Positions 38,801 to 50,590 of a stretch of DNA of 64,000 nucleotides are shown here, piece after piece. The DNA is from Octopus sinensis (Eukaryota). Under the pieces are notes generated by a model. The model had not been told where the DNA came from and did no database searches. It was given only the letters and a program-made list of their open reading frames with translations. The position numbers were made by a program, and so were the translations under genes. How positions within the stretch are numbered: the first letter of the stretch is position 1; each line of letters starts with the position of its first letter. The stretch spans positions 1 through 64,000 of the forward strand of contig NW_021833291.1 in assembly GCF_006345805.1 (NCBI RefSeq), written 5' to 3'.

Positions 38801-41324
38801 AGACAAAGAACCAGCGTGGATTAATCGTTTGGTTCTTACTGAAAATAATCTGATTGCAGGATGGGACGGGGGGAATAGAAACATTAAGATATTCACATTG
38901 GATGGTCACCTTATGGATTCAATCAAAGTGAATGTTTATAGAGATATTAAAATGTGTCGATGGCAGTCAAACACACTGGTCATTACGAATTGGGATTATT
39001 TTGATGATAATAAACACCAACTGTTGACATTAAAAGTGGAATTTCCATTGTCGTTGGTAATTTACAAAACGAGAAATAAATATAAATGTGTGGCTTCTTT
39101 ATCAAACAATCAATTGGTTTTGAGTGAAAGTGGAGATGTAAGACGTTTGCATTTTGTTGATATTGATGAAATACATTCGAATGTGAAGGAAATAAAAAAA
39201 ATAGACATACCTGAACCATTAATAAGGAGAAGAGAAGATGGAGATTATTCTGATATAATCCGGGATATTAAAGTTACTGATGAAGATGTCATCATTGTCT
39301 TAAACTGGAGATTCATCATTTTCTTCAACAGTGGTGGTCAATATTTACATTCAGTCAGACACTACATGGAGGATTATGTTGGTGTTGACACGATGACAAT
39401 CGATGACAGTTTTTTGTACATTTATGGTTATTGGGAGAAATATTTAGGTTCAACTGGATATAAAAACATTTTGTGTTTGACCCAGAATGGGGAATACAAG
39501 AGAATATTTTTAAATAAAAGGATTTATAAAGATGAAGTAGAATTCTCCAGTATAGACTGTAAAGGACCAAGGTTTGTTGGAAGCCCCAGGATGGGAAGGA
39601 GAGAGAATGAATTGTATGTTGAAGGGTTGTTTATGGTGAATCGAGACAGCTTCCCGGTTGCTCGTTTACAAACAGACGAATGTCCTGTTCAAGTAAAAGA
39701 TTTTGATGTCTCTGAGGAAGGAAAGACAGTTGTGTGTGAAAAAGCCAATAATGGAAATGTTAAAATATTCGATGAAGACGGCCAGTTGCTATGTCACAGA
39801 AATGTTGCAAGTTTAGTTGGTGGTGTGTGTTTTACACAAGAATCACACATAATGGCCACGGTTCCTAAAAGGAAAGAAATATTTCAACTGAATGGAGAAG
39901 ATTTGCAGACATCTCAAGTTTGGTCGAGTCTCATCCCTTATGGTGTAATATGGAGAAAAGTGGCGGGTATTTACTGGTGTGTACATAATGAATTGATTGA
40001 ATGTCATTGCATAAAGATTGATGGGGACCAAGTGAACATTCTGGAATCTGTGTCGTCATTAAATCTTGATTCTGGTCTTCGTTTCCCTTCCATTACATCT
40101 GAAACGAACAAGGAAATATTCAGTAATGAATTAATTAATAAATTGGAATACAGAGGAGGAGATGGAGATGGAGGAGGAAGAAGAAGAGGTAAATCAGGTG
40201 AAATAATTGGTAAAGGTAGATTAAAGGTGAGATGTGGTAATTACATAGCGGAGATTAATAATTCAGGAATTGATGAAATATCAGTGAGGAGACTTCCATA
40301 TAGGACAGCAATGGTCCCTTTTTCCATTCCTGCATTCGAGGAACCTGTTGATTATGATTTGAGGGACATTAGGGACCGGAACAGTAAACTAATTAAGTTA
40401 GATGAGAATGTGAGTGTGTTGATGTTTCGAGAAAGTGTCACATTAATCAGAACAACAACAACAACAACAGTGGACATACTTCAACATGAACAACAACAAC
40501 GACCACCACTGGACATATGTCGGTGGACAGAGGAATGTTTCATTGTCGCCTTTGGGAGAGAAATGAGGGTCTTCAACAGGGATCTCCGTCGTTTAAAAAC
40601 CATCAGAACTGAGAAATACTACAACAGGATTTATAAATACAACGACAATCAACTCGTGTGTGGTGGTCATTATATTAGAGACATAACTCAAGAAGAGAGA
40701 CACAAGAAATACAAAAGAATATGGAGAAACAACAAGTATTACTATTATTGCAAAGACCCTGACATCTTTGACCCTTATTATGTGGATGTGGTTGATTTTG
40801 AAGATGGGAAATGTAAAGATGAAGTGTGTCGTGGGAAGATGGGGAGATATGGAAGGTTTGAGGGAGATGAAGGGGTGGATGATGTGGGAGTCACATCTTT
40901 TGGTGATGTTGTTGTTGTGAGGTGGGAGATGAAGGAGGAGCAGTGGTCTGGATCGGGGGATATTTTGTGTTTTGTGGAATGGTTCAGGGAAAAGTCTTTG
41001 GTGAGGAGGATAAGAATAGAAGGAGGAAGGTTTTATGTTCTGGAAGAATATATTCCAAGACCTCGTCTGACCATAATTGGTGAATGTGTTTATATAACAG
41101 ATACAAGAAACAATATTTACGAAATACCTCGACATATTGAAGAGGAAACATCTGAAGATGATGAAATCCTGGGATTAAAAGATAATCCAAAATATTTACT
41201 CCTCAGACGGGATGATAATGAAGTCTCTGAAGTTCTTGGTTTGGATGTTTCAGACAATTCTTTGATGGTTTTTGGAATTATTCCTGGACCTCAATCTTTT
41301 GCTTTCTTTTATTTTGACAAATAA
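35865..41324 (+). CDS. Single-exon ~1820-codon protein: helical N-terminus plus about six tandem NHL/TolB-like beta-propellers, interrupted by 2-3 frameshifts (assembly error or recent pseudogene)
   Basis: Acceptor tttctttacAG lies just before ATG 35865. The three track ORFs overlap: frame 0 35865-36389, the -1 frame open 36272-36958, and frame 0 open again 36801-41324 (1507 codons). Blade motifs recur (PTDIAV, GQLVVSDINHDCL, TLYVPDAQLNRV, D/M-x-CRW at 38151, 38952 and 40512). Confidence 0.8.
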
Positions 41325-41325
41325 A
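41320..41325 (+). terminator. Candidate polyadenylation signal overlapping the stop codon
   Basis: AATAAA at 41320-41325 overlaps the TAA at 41322-41324. Confidence 0.35.
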
Positions 41326-41724
41326 TATTTCCAGAAATATTAAACTTCAATCTTCTTCTTCTTATTATTGTTGTTGTTGTTGTAAATGGCTTCGCCCGGG
41401 AATCGAACCTGCATCGCATACATTGCATTCTACACACTAACACTTATTGTTGTAACATTCCTCAACACTCTCTCTTTGTGTGTGTGTGTATATTTATGTA
41501 CAGTATATGTACATGTGTTTATATATATATACACACATATTTAGGAATGTATGTATAGAAATAAGGCTATAAGTATGTATGTTTGTGTGTGTATATGTGT
41601 ATGTGTATATATATATATATATATATACGCATGCATGTATGTATAGGAATGTCTGGTCCGAAAGCAGAGACTTTCATAATCATTGATCCTCCATTAAAAG
41701 GCAGACGACAACCGCCGCCGCCTC

Positions 41725-41756
41725 CACCATCATCATCATCATCGTCGCCATCATCG

Positions 41757-41802
<46 letters not shown>

Positions 41803-41827
41803 TATCATCATCATCATCGTCGTCATC
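41725..41827. repeat. (TCA)n trinucleotide microsatellite
   Basis: About 33 imperfect units seen directly. Confidence 0.95.
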
Positions 41828-42006
41828 AGCGTTGTGTGTGCGTGTGTGCAGTCTGCATCTGACAGTTTTTAACGTTTAATAAGAATAGATTGTTGTTGTT
41901 GTTGTTGTTGCAGTGACATTCCAACTGCACACACGCACAAACATTGCCTTTCGTCCTCGTAGGGTTGTTGTTGTTGTTGTTGTTGTTGGGGGTTCATAAA
42001 AAAAGA

Positions 42007-42350
42007 GAAGGACACTTTAAGAAGCATTCAGTAAAAGCTTTCCCATAGCTGGTCATTTTTCATGCTAGAAATAGAAACCACTTTACTTTTCATATAAAAT
42101 TTGAAGGACAGATAAGAAGCATTCATAAATAAAATTGACCTGTATATGGTCTCATTTCATGCTAGAAAGAGCCACAAAAACCTTCACATTTTTGTTTCAT
42201 CACAAATAAAAATCGAAGGACAATTTGCAAAGCATCCATGTCAAATATTGTCCTATAGATGGCCTAACATCATGCTAGAAATAACAGCCAAATACTCTGA
42301 AATTTGTATCGTTTGTCATAAAAAAAGTGAAGGACACTTTAAGAAGCAAC
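42007..42350. repeat. Degenerate ~100-115 bp tandem repeat, 3.2 copies
   Basis: gaaggaca...aagca recurs at 42007, 42103, 42215 and 42329. Each full unit contains catgctagaaa. Confidence 0.75.
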
Positions 42351-42988
42351 TCCGAAAATATTGTCCTGCGGCGATTTAAGTGTAAAATATTATAAAAGTA
42401 TGCATCTATGAGTTTTATGTGTTTAAAAAACATAGCAAAGACCTGTGTGTATATGTAGGTATATACATGTGTATAAAGGTATTTTTGCATAAAAATGGGT
42501 ATTTTTGAATGAAATTTGGTAGAAATAACTTTCAAGCGATGCAGATTACGATTAAAAAGAAATTTGTTGGCAAAATGTTTTGTAAGGGTTCGAGGGAAAA
42601 AGTGTGTGATTTAAGGGAGATTTGGCTGTTGTTTCTAGCACACCACCCTCCTTGTCTTCTTTTTTTTATCATTTTTTCCCTGAGAAACACATTTATGTTA
42701 TAAAAAAATAAAAAGAATATTTTAAAAATCTCTGATTATTTTTAGCCCCACTTCCTGGCCCCCAATTCTTTCTCTTTATATAATTGTAAAATATTGGAGA
42801 GCCTGAGAAGATTCTTGTTGGGATTTATCCACAGGGATTTAAATAAGAGCTTTGTAAAAGAGGATTTCTTTTGAGAGCATGCTTTTTTGTTAGAAAATGA
42901 AAGTGGAAGTTTCATTAAAAATATCCATTTTCCTGGAAGTTATGAGGAAACAAAGTCGATGGGGTGTTCATCTGTAGTTATGCCACAG

Positions 42989-43029
<41 letters not shown>

Positions 43030-43249
43030 CTGTAGAAATGTAGGTGTGTATATATATATATTATATGTATGTGTGTTTGTGTATACATTTATTCATGTAT
43101 ATGTACAAGTTTAAAAAAGAAATATCAAAAGATGTTGGAATATTTGAGGTATTGGATAATTTCCGACTCAGGATTGCCAATACATTTATATAGGAATATA
43201 AATATACATCATTATTATACGTAGCCTTCTTGCACACACATAAGCATAC

Positions 43250-43292
43250 CTCGAAGAAAAGACGACGGGTAAATCCATCTGTGACAACCCAT
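43250..43292 (-). CDS. Candidate first coding exon (MGCHRWIYPSSFLR, phase 1) of a - strand gene; 5' UTR probably extends to ~43380
   Basis: ATG in aagcATGG context and a strong donor GAG/GTATGC at 43250/43249, about 100 bp downstream of an X-box. Confidence 0.5.
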
Positions 43293-43395
43293 GCTTAAGG
43301 GTGTCTGGTGATATTTCTGGTCTGGTATCACACAAACCGCCCAGTCTGGAGTCTCTCTATAACTTCTGCCGCTTCCCGTTCAATTGTTTCTACTT

Positions 43396-43450
43396 GTTGC
43401 CTAGCAACGCTAATTTGAATGACAAAAAACGTGGAGAAAAAGGCGGGAAA
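43396..43450. promoter_or_regulatory. Promoter-like region: RFX X-box (43396-43408) and E2F-type site (43442-43450)
   Basis: GTTGCCTAGCAAC matches the RFX X-box consensus and GGCGGGAAA matches the E2F consensus. Local GC/CpG content is raised in non-repetitive DNA. Confidence 0.6.
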
Positions 43451-43912
43451 TTTAGACAAAACTTTGTCTAAATTAATTATTTAAAATCAAAGAGACATTG
43501 TCAGCATTTTTATGAATTAAATAATGTTAAAAGACATTAAGGTCTCACAATTAAGTCATTAATTAGGAATTATAATTAATTTGGACGTGAAAAAGAAAGG
43601 AAAACTAACGGATGTGTGTATATGTATGTATTTATGTATGTACATAAGCAGGTAAATATTTATATATGTAAGTGTGTATGAATATTTACATACGTCTATA
43701 GAGAGAGAAAGGGGGAGAGAGAGGGTGGAGTATTACACATGTATACACATAAGACGAATGATGTCTGGGGTGTGTATCGGTGTGTCTGTGTGTGTGTATA
43801 CACGCCTGTTTATGTTTGTGCGTGTGTGTGTATTTATGTGTGATGTGTGTGGTGTGTGTGTATCCGGGAACGTCACTTTCTGCTTCTGCCTCTCTCTATA
43901 TCTGACTGTCTC

Positions 43913-43969
<57 letters not shown>

Positions 43970-43974
43970 ATATA

Positions 43975-44043
<69 letters not shown>

Positions 44044-44173
44044 GTCTGTTTGACTCTCTCCCCTATCTATCTACCCATCTCTCTCTCTCTATCTGTCTAT
44101 CTTTTTATGAATATCTATCTATTTAGCATATATATATATTATATATATATATATATATTATATATATATATAT

Positions 44174-44528
44174 CCTTTTACTCTTTTACTTGTTTCAGTC
44201 ATTTGGCTGCGGCCAAGCTGGAGCACCGCCTTTAATCGAGCAACTCGATCCCGGGACTTTTTCTTTTGTACGCCTAGTACTTATTCTATCGGACCGTTTT
44301 GCCGACCCGCTAGTAACGGGGACGTAAACATCGGTTGTCAAACACAGACACACTCATATATATATATAAATATATACGACGGGCTTCTTTCAGTTTCCAT
44401 CAAACAAATCCACTCACAGGGCTTTGGTCGGCAATAGTAGAAGACACTTGCCCAAGATGCCACGCAGTGGGACTGTACCCGGAACCATGTGGTTGGTAAA
44501 CAAGCTACTTACCACACAGCCACTCCTG
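44174..44528 (-). mobile_element. SINE family 1 copy
   Basis: Reverse complement of 57127-57498. Confidence 0.85.
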
Positions 44529-44651
44529 CGCCTACACACATACACACACACACATACATATATATAATATTAATTAAGGGTAGAAATTGATATTTATCAA
44601 TTAAGACCAGTGGTCTAGCATATTAAAAAAGAATCCGAAGATTAAAATATT

Positions 44652-44858
44652 TATATATACCAATTGAGGACTGAACACGAAAAGTGGACAGTCAACATGC
44701 TAGATATAGACGTCAAATCGACATTCTCCACAAAAGATTATGTTCTCAGATCAAACTCACCAAGTTTGTACTGGGAACATAATCTTTTGTGGAGAATGTC
44801 GATTTCACGTCTATATCTAGCATGTTGACTGTCCACTTTTCGTGTTCAGTCCTCAATT

Positions 44859-44868
<10 letters not shown>
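44652..44868. repeat. Near-perfect inverted repeat (arms 44652-44749 / 44771-44868, 21-nt loop), probably PLE pseudo-LTR derived
   Basis: Arms are reverse complements with about 2 mismatches. The unpaired left extension (44570-44650) loosely resembles the termini at 13980-14045 and 30870-30930. Confidence 0.9.
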
Positions 44869-44925
<57 letters not shown>

Positions 44926-45399
44926 GTCTGTATTTAACTCTCTCACTTTGTCTTTATCTACAACAACCTCCACTCTGTACCAGTGTCTGGGGTTTGGTTG
45001 TTTATGGAAGTAGTATGTTTAACAAGGAGTGTTTCAGCCTCCCATTCTACTACTGAGTCCTCAAGACACACACACACACACACATGCAAACAATCCAACA
45101 CGTACACACCCACGTCGTTCAGTGATGGAAAGGGACGTCCGTCCTATTTGTGCAGATGTGAGGCAATCCTTTTACTCAATATAGAAAGAGAAATAAGGAA
45201 ATAGATTTCCTTCTCTACCTCTGCCTTGTCATGGATTTGAACGCGAATCCACAGGAAACCAACTCGCAGAATTATAACACGCGTTTTATACATACATTCA
45301 CCAATATAAACACATGCAGCCACAAGTACACAGTCATATACAAAACATATGTGTACGTCTCTCTGCTTGTGGCCATATTACGTGTATATCTATGAGATA

Positions 45400-45648
45400 T
45401 TGAGTCGGTGTATAATTATTGCGGCTATTTTTCAACAAATTTTATTCAACAAAAACAATAACAATATTTAACAAAAACATCTTTGAATGACGGTCTGACC
45501 GTCTGCCAAGCAAATAGGAAGCAGTAATTGAAGGAGATGGTGAATATGCTCCGGAATAATCATTTAAGATGTTTTTATTGCATGTTGTTATTGTTTTTGT
45601 TGAATGAAATTTGTTGAAAAAAGCCGCAATAATTATGCACCAAGCCAA
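45400..45648 (+). mobile_element. Internally deleted mariner element (MITE) with TA target duplication
   Basis: TIRs ttgagtcggtgtataattattgcggc / gccgcaataattatgcaccaagccaa resemble mariner TIRs and are flanked by TA on both sides. The interior encodes RLPSK*EAVIEGDGEYAPE*, the mariner transposase C-terminus. Confidence 0.85.
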
Positions 45649-48600
45649 TATGTATATAACAAGATAGAATGAACAAACATTTTCGGCCTCTATTCTAGGA
45701 CTCAACCAAGTAGAAACACACACTGATCGATCGATAGGTAGACAGATAGAGAGAAAGAGAGGGAGAGATGGATAGACAGACAGAAGACAGATACATAGAT
45801 AGACGCAGGAGTGGCTGTGTGGTACGTAGCGTGCTTACGAACCACATGCTTCCGGGTTCAGTCCTGCTGCGTGGCACATCTGTAGCCTTGGGCCAACCAA
45901 AGCCTTGTGAGTGGATTTGGTAGACGGAAACAGAAAGAAGCCCGTCGTATATATATATATGTATACATAGACAAACACACGTGTAAGCATACGCACGCAC
46001 GCACACACACACGTAAGTTTATGCAAGTATTTATATACTTGCATACACCTATATAATTATGGCTCTGGTAACATCCTCACAATGAGATTCATAGAAATGT
46101 TGTCGCTAAATCCTGTGCATCACAGGCTGCAACAGTTACCATTCTCTCACTCCACATCGACAGACATGTCTCACCTGCACACTTCATCCTATCAACAACT
46201 TCCAACAGAAAATGCCTTCCTTTTATGCGTTGCATCTCTCCTGAATTCTTACATGTGCAACCAGTAAACATTTTAAAAAGTTTAGTCAGCATTTAAACCT
46301 AGTCTTGTCGACTGCAGTTTTTGTGCCTCTAGCAACAAACAGCTCTCCTAAGAGATTTCCTATTCCACTTACGAGAGGCGATTCAAGTCTTTCAGAACCA
46401 GCTCCCCTGCAATTCTTGACTTCGTCCCTTGAGGCAGAGGTTAGGACTCACCTAAAAGACACAAGTGAACGTCTGGAAACAGCAGTCTATATCTGACCAA
46501 CTCAGACTGGTTTGCCAGCTCCAAAAGGCAACGAAAAATGCTCATTTTCTAACAATTCACCCAACAGTGAATCAATATTCTTTATTTAATATCGTCACCT
46601 ATTTCTTAACGTCTCCATTTTCCTGGTGTATATATTTTATCGCCTGCCGTCTTCTTTCTATCGTTTAAACACAGCAGACACGGCAGAATCGTATCGAAAA
46701 CTGTTCAGAAGTATTTCAGGAGGAAAAAAGAAAGCAAAGCCACCTCAGTGATCAAAAGCAAAATCTATTCAAACAAACCTAAAACATACAAGTCACCATA
46801 CGACATTATGTGATGTAATATAGTTTTGTGTATAGAAAGTATTAGATTTGATGTGGACCTTGTTGTTAATGACAACCAGTGTGTTATGTATTCTTTTGGT
46901 TCGTGGTGAGATAATAAACAACTCACTGAAGGCATTTTTATGATTCTACCCGTTTCTTTACTTGGCATGTTCACAAACTGTAAATGACACAGGTCATACT
47001 GCTTACTAGATGCGCTTAACAAAATAGTACTAATAGTGGGGATGTATTCATATATACGTATATCTACGCATACACATAGATATGAACGTGTAACATTAAT
47101 AAACACCCACTTTACAATTATCTAAAGTGTGTATACATTCGCGTGGGGGACACCCTGTATATATACATGTACAACAGGCTACTTTCAGTTTCTAAGAAGT
47201 TATAATAGAAAATACTTGTTTGTGGTGTCAGCAGTGAAACGCCTGCACCCGTGTGTGTGTGTGTGTTAAATAGTGTCCTTCCTTTTATAAAAAACATTTG
47301 TTTGTCCACATACAAACTTTCTTAGGTAGTTCCGTGTAACTTTATCAGATGAGGGGGAAATACTCTGGTTTTCCACGTGATTTCTATCCCTTGACTAATT
47401 CCAATTTGACCGTTTTTTTTTGTCTTTCTTGAAATATTTTCCATTCGTACATTTGACAGTCTACATCATCATCATCATCATCACCACCACAATCATCATC
47501 ATCATCACCCACCACCACCACTACCATCATCGTACTTTAGGTTCATTTCTTTCGTTGCAAAACTCGTGGCTTATTTTTATTCCAGTTTTTTGTTTTTTTA
47601 TCATTATTCTCTAAGTCAAGGAGGTGAGCTGGCAGAATCATTAGCATTCTGGACAAAATGCTTAGCGATATTTCGCTCATCGCTACGTTCTGAGTTCAAA
47701 TTTCACTGAGGTCGACGTTACCTTTCATTATTTTGGGGTTGATAAATTAAGTACCAGTTGAGTACTGGGGGTCAATGTAATCGACTATGCCCCTCCCACA
47801 AATTTCAGGCTTTCTGCCTATAATAGACAGGATCATTATTCACTAAGTCCTACAGGAAACAGTTTTATCATCATTAAAATAGAAAGAAGTTTGAAAGAAT
47901 GCATTTACAATGCTAAGTACAGAAGAATTTATTGTAAAAAATCTTTAGCCAACATCTTAAAGGTATTTAAAAATGGGAAAATAAACTAAAAAGTAACCTA
48001 AAGTAATCTCCGTTTAGGTCGTGGATCCCATGCCAGAGTAACACCAGGCAGGGTTTAAAGGCAGTTTGATATCACTGAACGATATCACACAGCAGTGTAA
48101 AAAAAACAGATGCAAAAAAAATAGATACATCAAACCAAATGCTAAAGCATGAAGTCTGTAACATCCTTCGGTTCCTGCAACTGACTCTTCAATAAACATT
48201 CGCTTTCTGTTGACCTCTCATTTGAACCCAGGTGCGTAGGACTAGCCTACCTCAGCCGACACAAGAACACAAACATTCTCTATACTATAAACAATAATGT
48301 ATGGCCCGGGTAACTATGTACCTCCTCTACTGAAACACACCTGTTTCTGTCTCAGTGTAAGCTTTCATCATCTGACACAAGATCATCTCCTCCAATGTCC
48401 CCTCCCTTCTCAAAGGACCTTTGTCTTCCAAGTCACTTGGTGGCCCTGCTAGCACTGGTGCCATGTGAAAAGCATTCAGTCCACACTGTGTAGTGGTTGG
48501 CATTTGGAAAGGCATCAAACTGTGAGAACCTTGCCAAAACTGACCTCGCCTGTGCTTGTGCCATGTAAAAAAAGGTCCACTCTGCTGGGTGATTGGTTTT

Positions 48601-49334
48601 AGGAAGGGCATCCAGCCATAAAAACCCTGATAAAACAGATAGAGAAGTCTGGTGCCAGCTGCTGCCTGGCCAACTCCTGTCAAACCGTCCAACCCATGCC
48701 AGCATGGAAGGCAGATGTTCAATGATTATGATAATGATGATGATGGTTTCCCTTAAACTTGAAATGAAGTGTGACCTGAAGTGCAACCTTAAAACAAATT
48801 GTGATTGGTACACCATTTCACGTCTTGAAGGCTATGTTATTTTGGGGGATTTTATTTTTTTTATTTGTGACCCAAGAGCAGGAGAAAGCTATGGAGTATC
48901 TAATGAACAGATGAGACAGTGAAACCCTTAAATTGCCAACCAAGATACACAACAGTAAATGTTGACCTTGCACTAACACATGTGATCATCAGCTGCCTGA
49001 ATGTCATCAAGGGGCTTCCTCCCCCCTACTGTCACATGATGTTTTGGCTACAGCAAGATACAATACCAACCTCAGCAAAGACTGCCGCAGGATAAATATA
49101 TTCAACACCTCTGCTAAGAAATACACACACCGACACACATACATATATTTACATAGACAGACAGACAGATAACTAGAGATACACGTACATATAGATATAT
49201 ATATACATATATACATCTGTAATACAATCAGTGGGAAGGAGAACATTTATGGGTAAATGTTTTGAAACCTAAAGCTCCTCTACGTTGATTATAAATCCAT
49301 ATTAATTCCAATTATTACTGACATTTTCAGGCAT

Positions 49335-50150
49335 GCTTCAGTGTGCCCCATTCCAAATAAAGGCAGCTCGTTTAACCCAATCAAGTATCACGCTATGGCT
49401 CTCACCTCAAACATCTCCCAGGTAATGAAAACAATGACCTTCTCCAAAACGTTGAATCCCTCTCTCAGCCCAGTGACCATTAGCACATCTTGTGCTGAGC
49501 CCGATCCGTTGGGGACCGATGGTTTCTTGTCATTCACCAGCCGGATGACATTTCTGAGATGTTCAGTAAAAGCCACTTTGTTACCCCAAGACAACAAGAA
49601 AACTTTTGTCCCTGTCTGGGATGTGAATCTCCTACAAAAAAAGAAAAGAAAATTCCCACGTATGGTTTCTACCCATTTCACACCTCTTCAGTCAGTAGCT
49701 TCCAATCAGATCACACCATTGCAACTTATGTTGATGGAGCTCATTCCATCTCATTCAAAATTAACTCTCGTGTACTTCCAGGGGTTTGGTTCTGTCACAT
49801 AAGCCAATCACCTGCTTATTGCTAAATCCAACAATGACCATCCTCATGGAGTCAATATGAACCTTCATTCCTCACCAATCTGCCTCAACCATTCAACCTG
49901 GACCACGTCCAAATAAGGGCTGCTCAACTGATTGGCATTCAACCCCTAAAGAACAGACTCTTTACTCTCCGGCATGTTTCCATCATGCCTGTGAAGGTCG
50001 CTGTTCATGTCTCTCTCCCATTCAGCAACCACAGATCCGCTCCTCTCTCTCACCTCTCTTCAATCCAAACTTCAGTCCTGGTCTGACCAATCCACGCCGT
50101 CCTTCTTTCCTCCCTGAAACATCGAGCCACCGTAATTGTCTTCTCCCTGC
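49335..50150 (+). mobile_element. Highly degraded CR1/L2-type LINE ORF2 remnant
   Basis: PIPNKGSSFNPIKYHAMALTSNISQVMK resembles the PKKG..NYRPISLTS..K RT motif. LDHVQIRAAQLI resembles the C-terminal LDRVQ.RA motif. Confidence 0.6.
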
Positions 50151-50447
50151 TCATATCTTTCTTGCAGGGGTTAGACCAGAACATTAATGACATGAAACAC
50201 AATGGTGTTGGAGGGTCTGCAGAGGCCATGGGCTTTGCCCCACCTTCCAGACAAAGCAAATAAAAACACATACATACATGCATGATGTATACACACATAT
50301 ACTTGTATATACATACAGCATCTTTCCATAAATACACACTTTCACCGTCCATTAATACAAATACACATCTACACATCCATACACACGTAAAAACGTATAT
50401 AGAGTTTAATACACACACACGCACACATAAACACACACACACACACA

Positions 50448-50590
50448 TCTTCTATATTTATAAAATTGAGTTTGTGTGTGTGTGTGTATGTGCCTGTGTG
50501 TCAGTGTGTCTGTAGCCATTTATGTTTTTTATAGAAATCCACATTCAACGTCCGATTGACCTCAAAATTTATACACATGCTCCACAAGGT
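50448..50590 (+). mobile_element. Probable Helitron 5' end
   Basis: Starts a|tc...tatatttataaa, followed by a (TG)n tract and ccgattgacctcaaaattt, similar to the 2813-3009 element. Confidence 0.45.

Noticed and set aside
41387-41420. tRNA gene (B-box GGTTCGATTCCC on the - strand)
   Set aside because: The T-stem pairs poorly and there is no 5' acceptor strand, D-arm or anticodon arm. It is only a tRNA/SINE-like remnant.
46300-46670. Possible exons on either strand (- MSIFRCLLELANQ...CLL with AG/GTGAGT; + SSPKRFPIPL...)
   Set aside because: The strand and frame options conflict, no homology is recognised, and they cannot be linked to other exons without RNA data.
48140-48250. Possible terminal exon (- strand ...ESECLLKSQLQEPKDVTDFML*)
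   Set aside because: Splice signals are ambiguous on both strands and the peptide is short and unrecognised.
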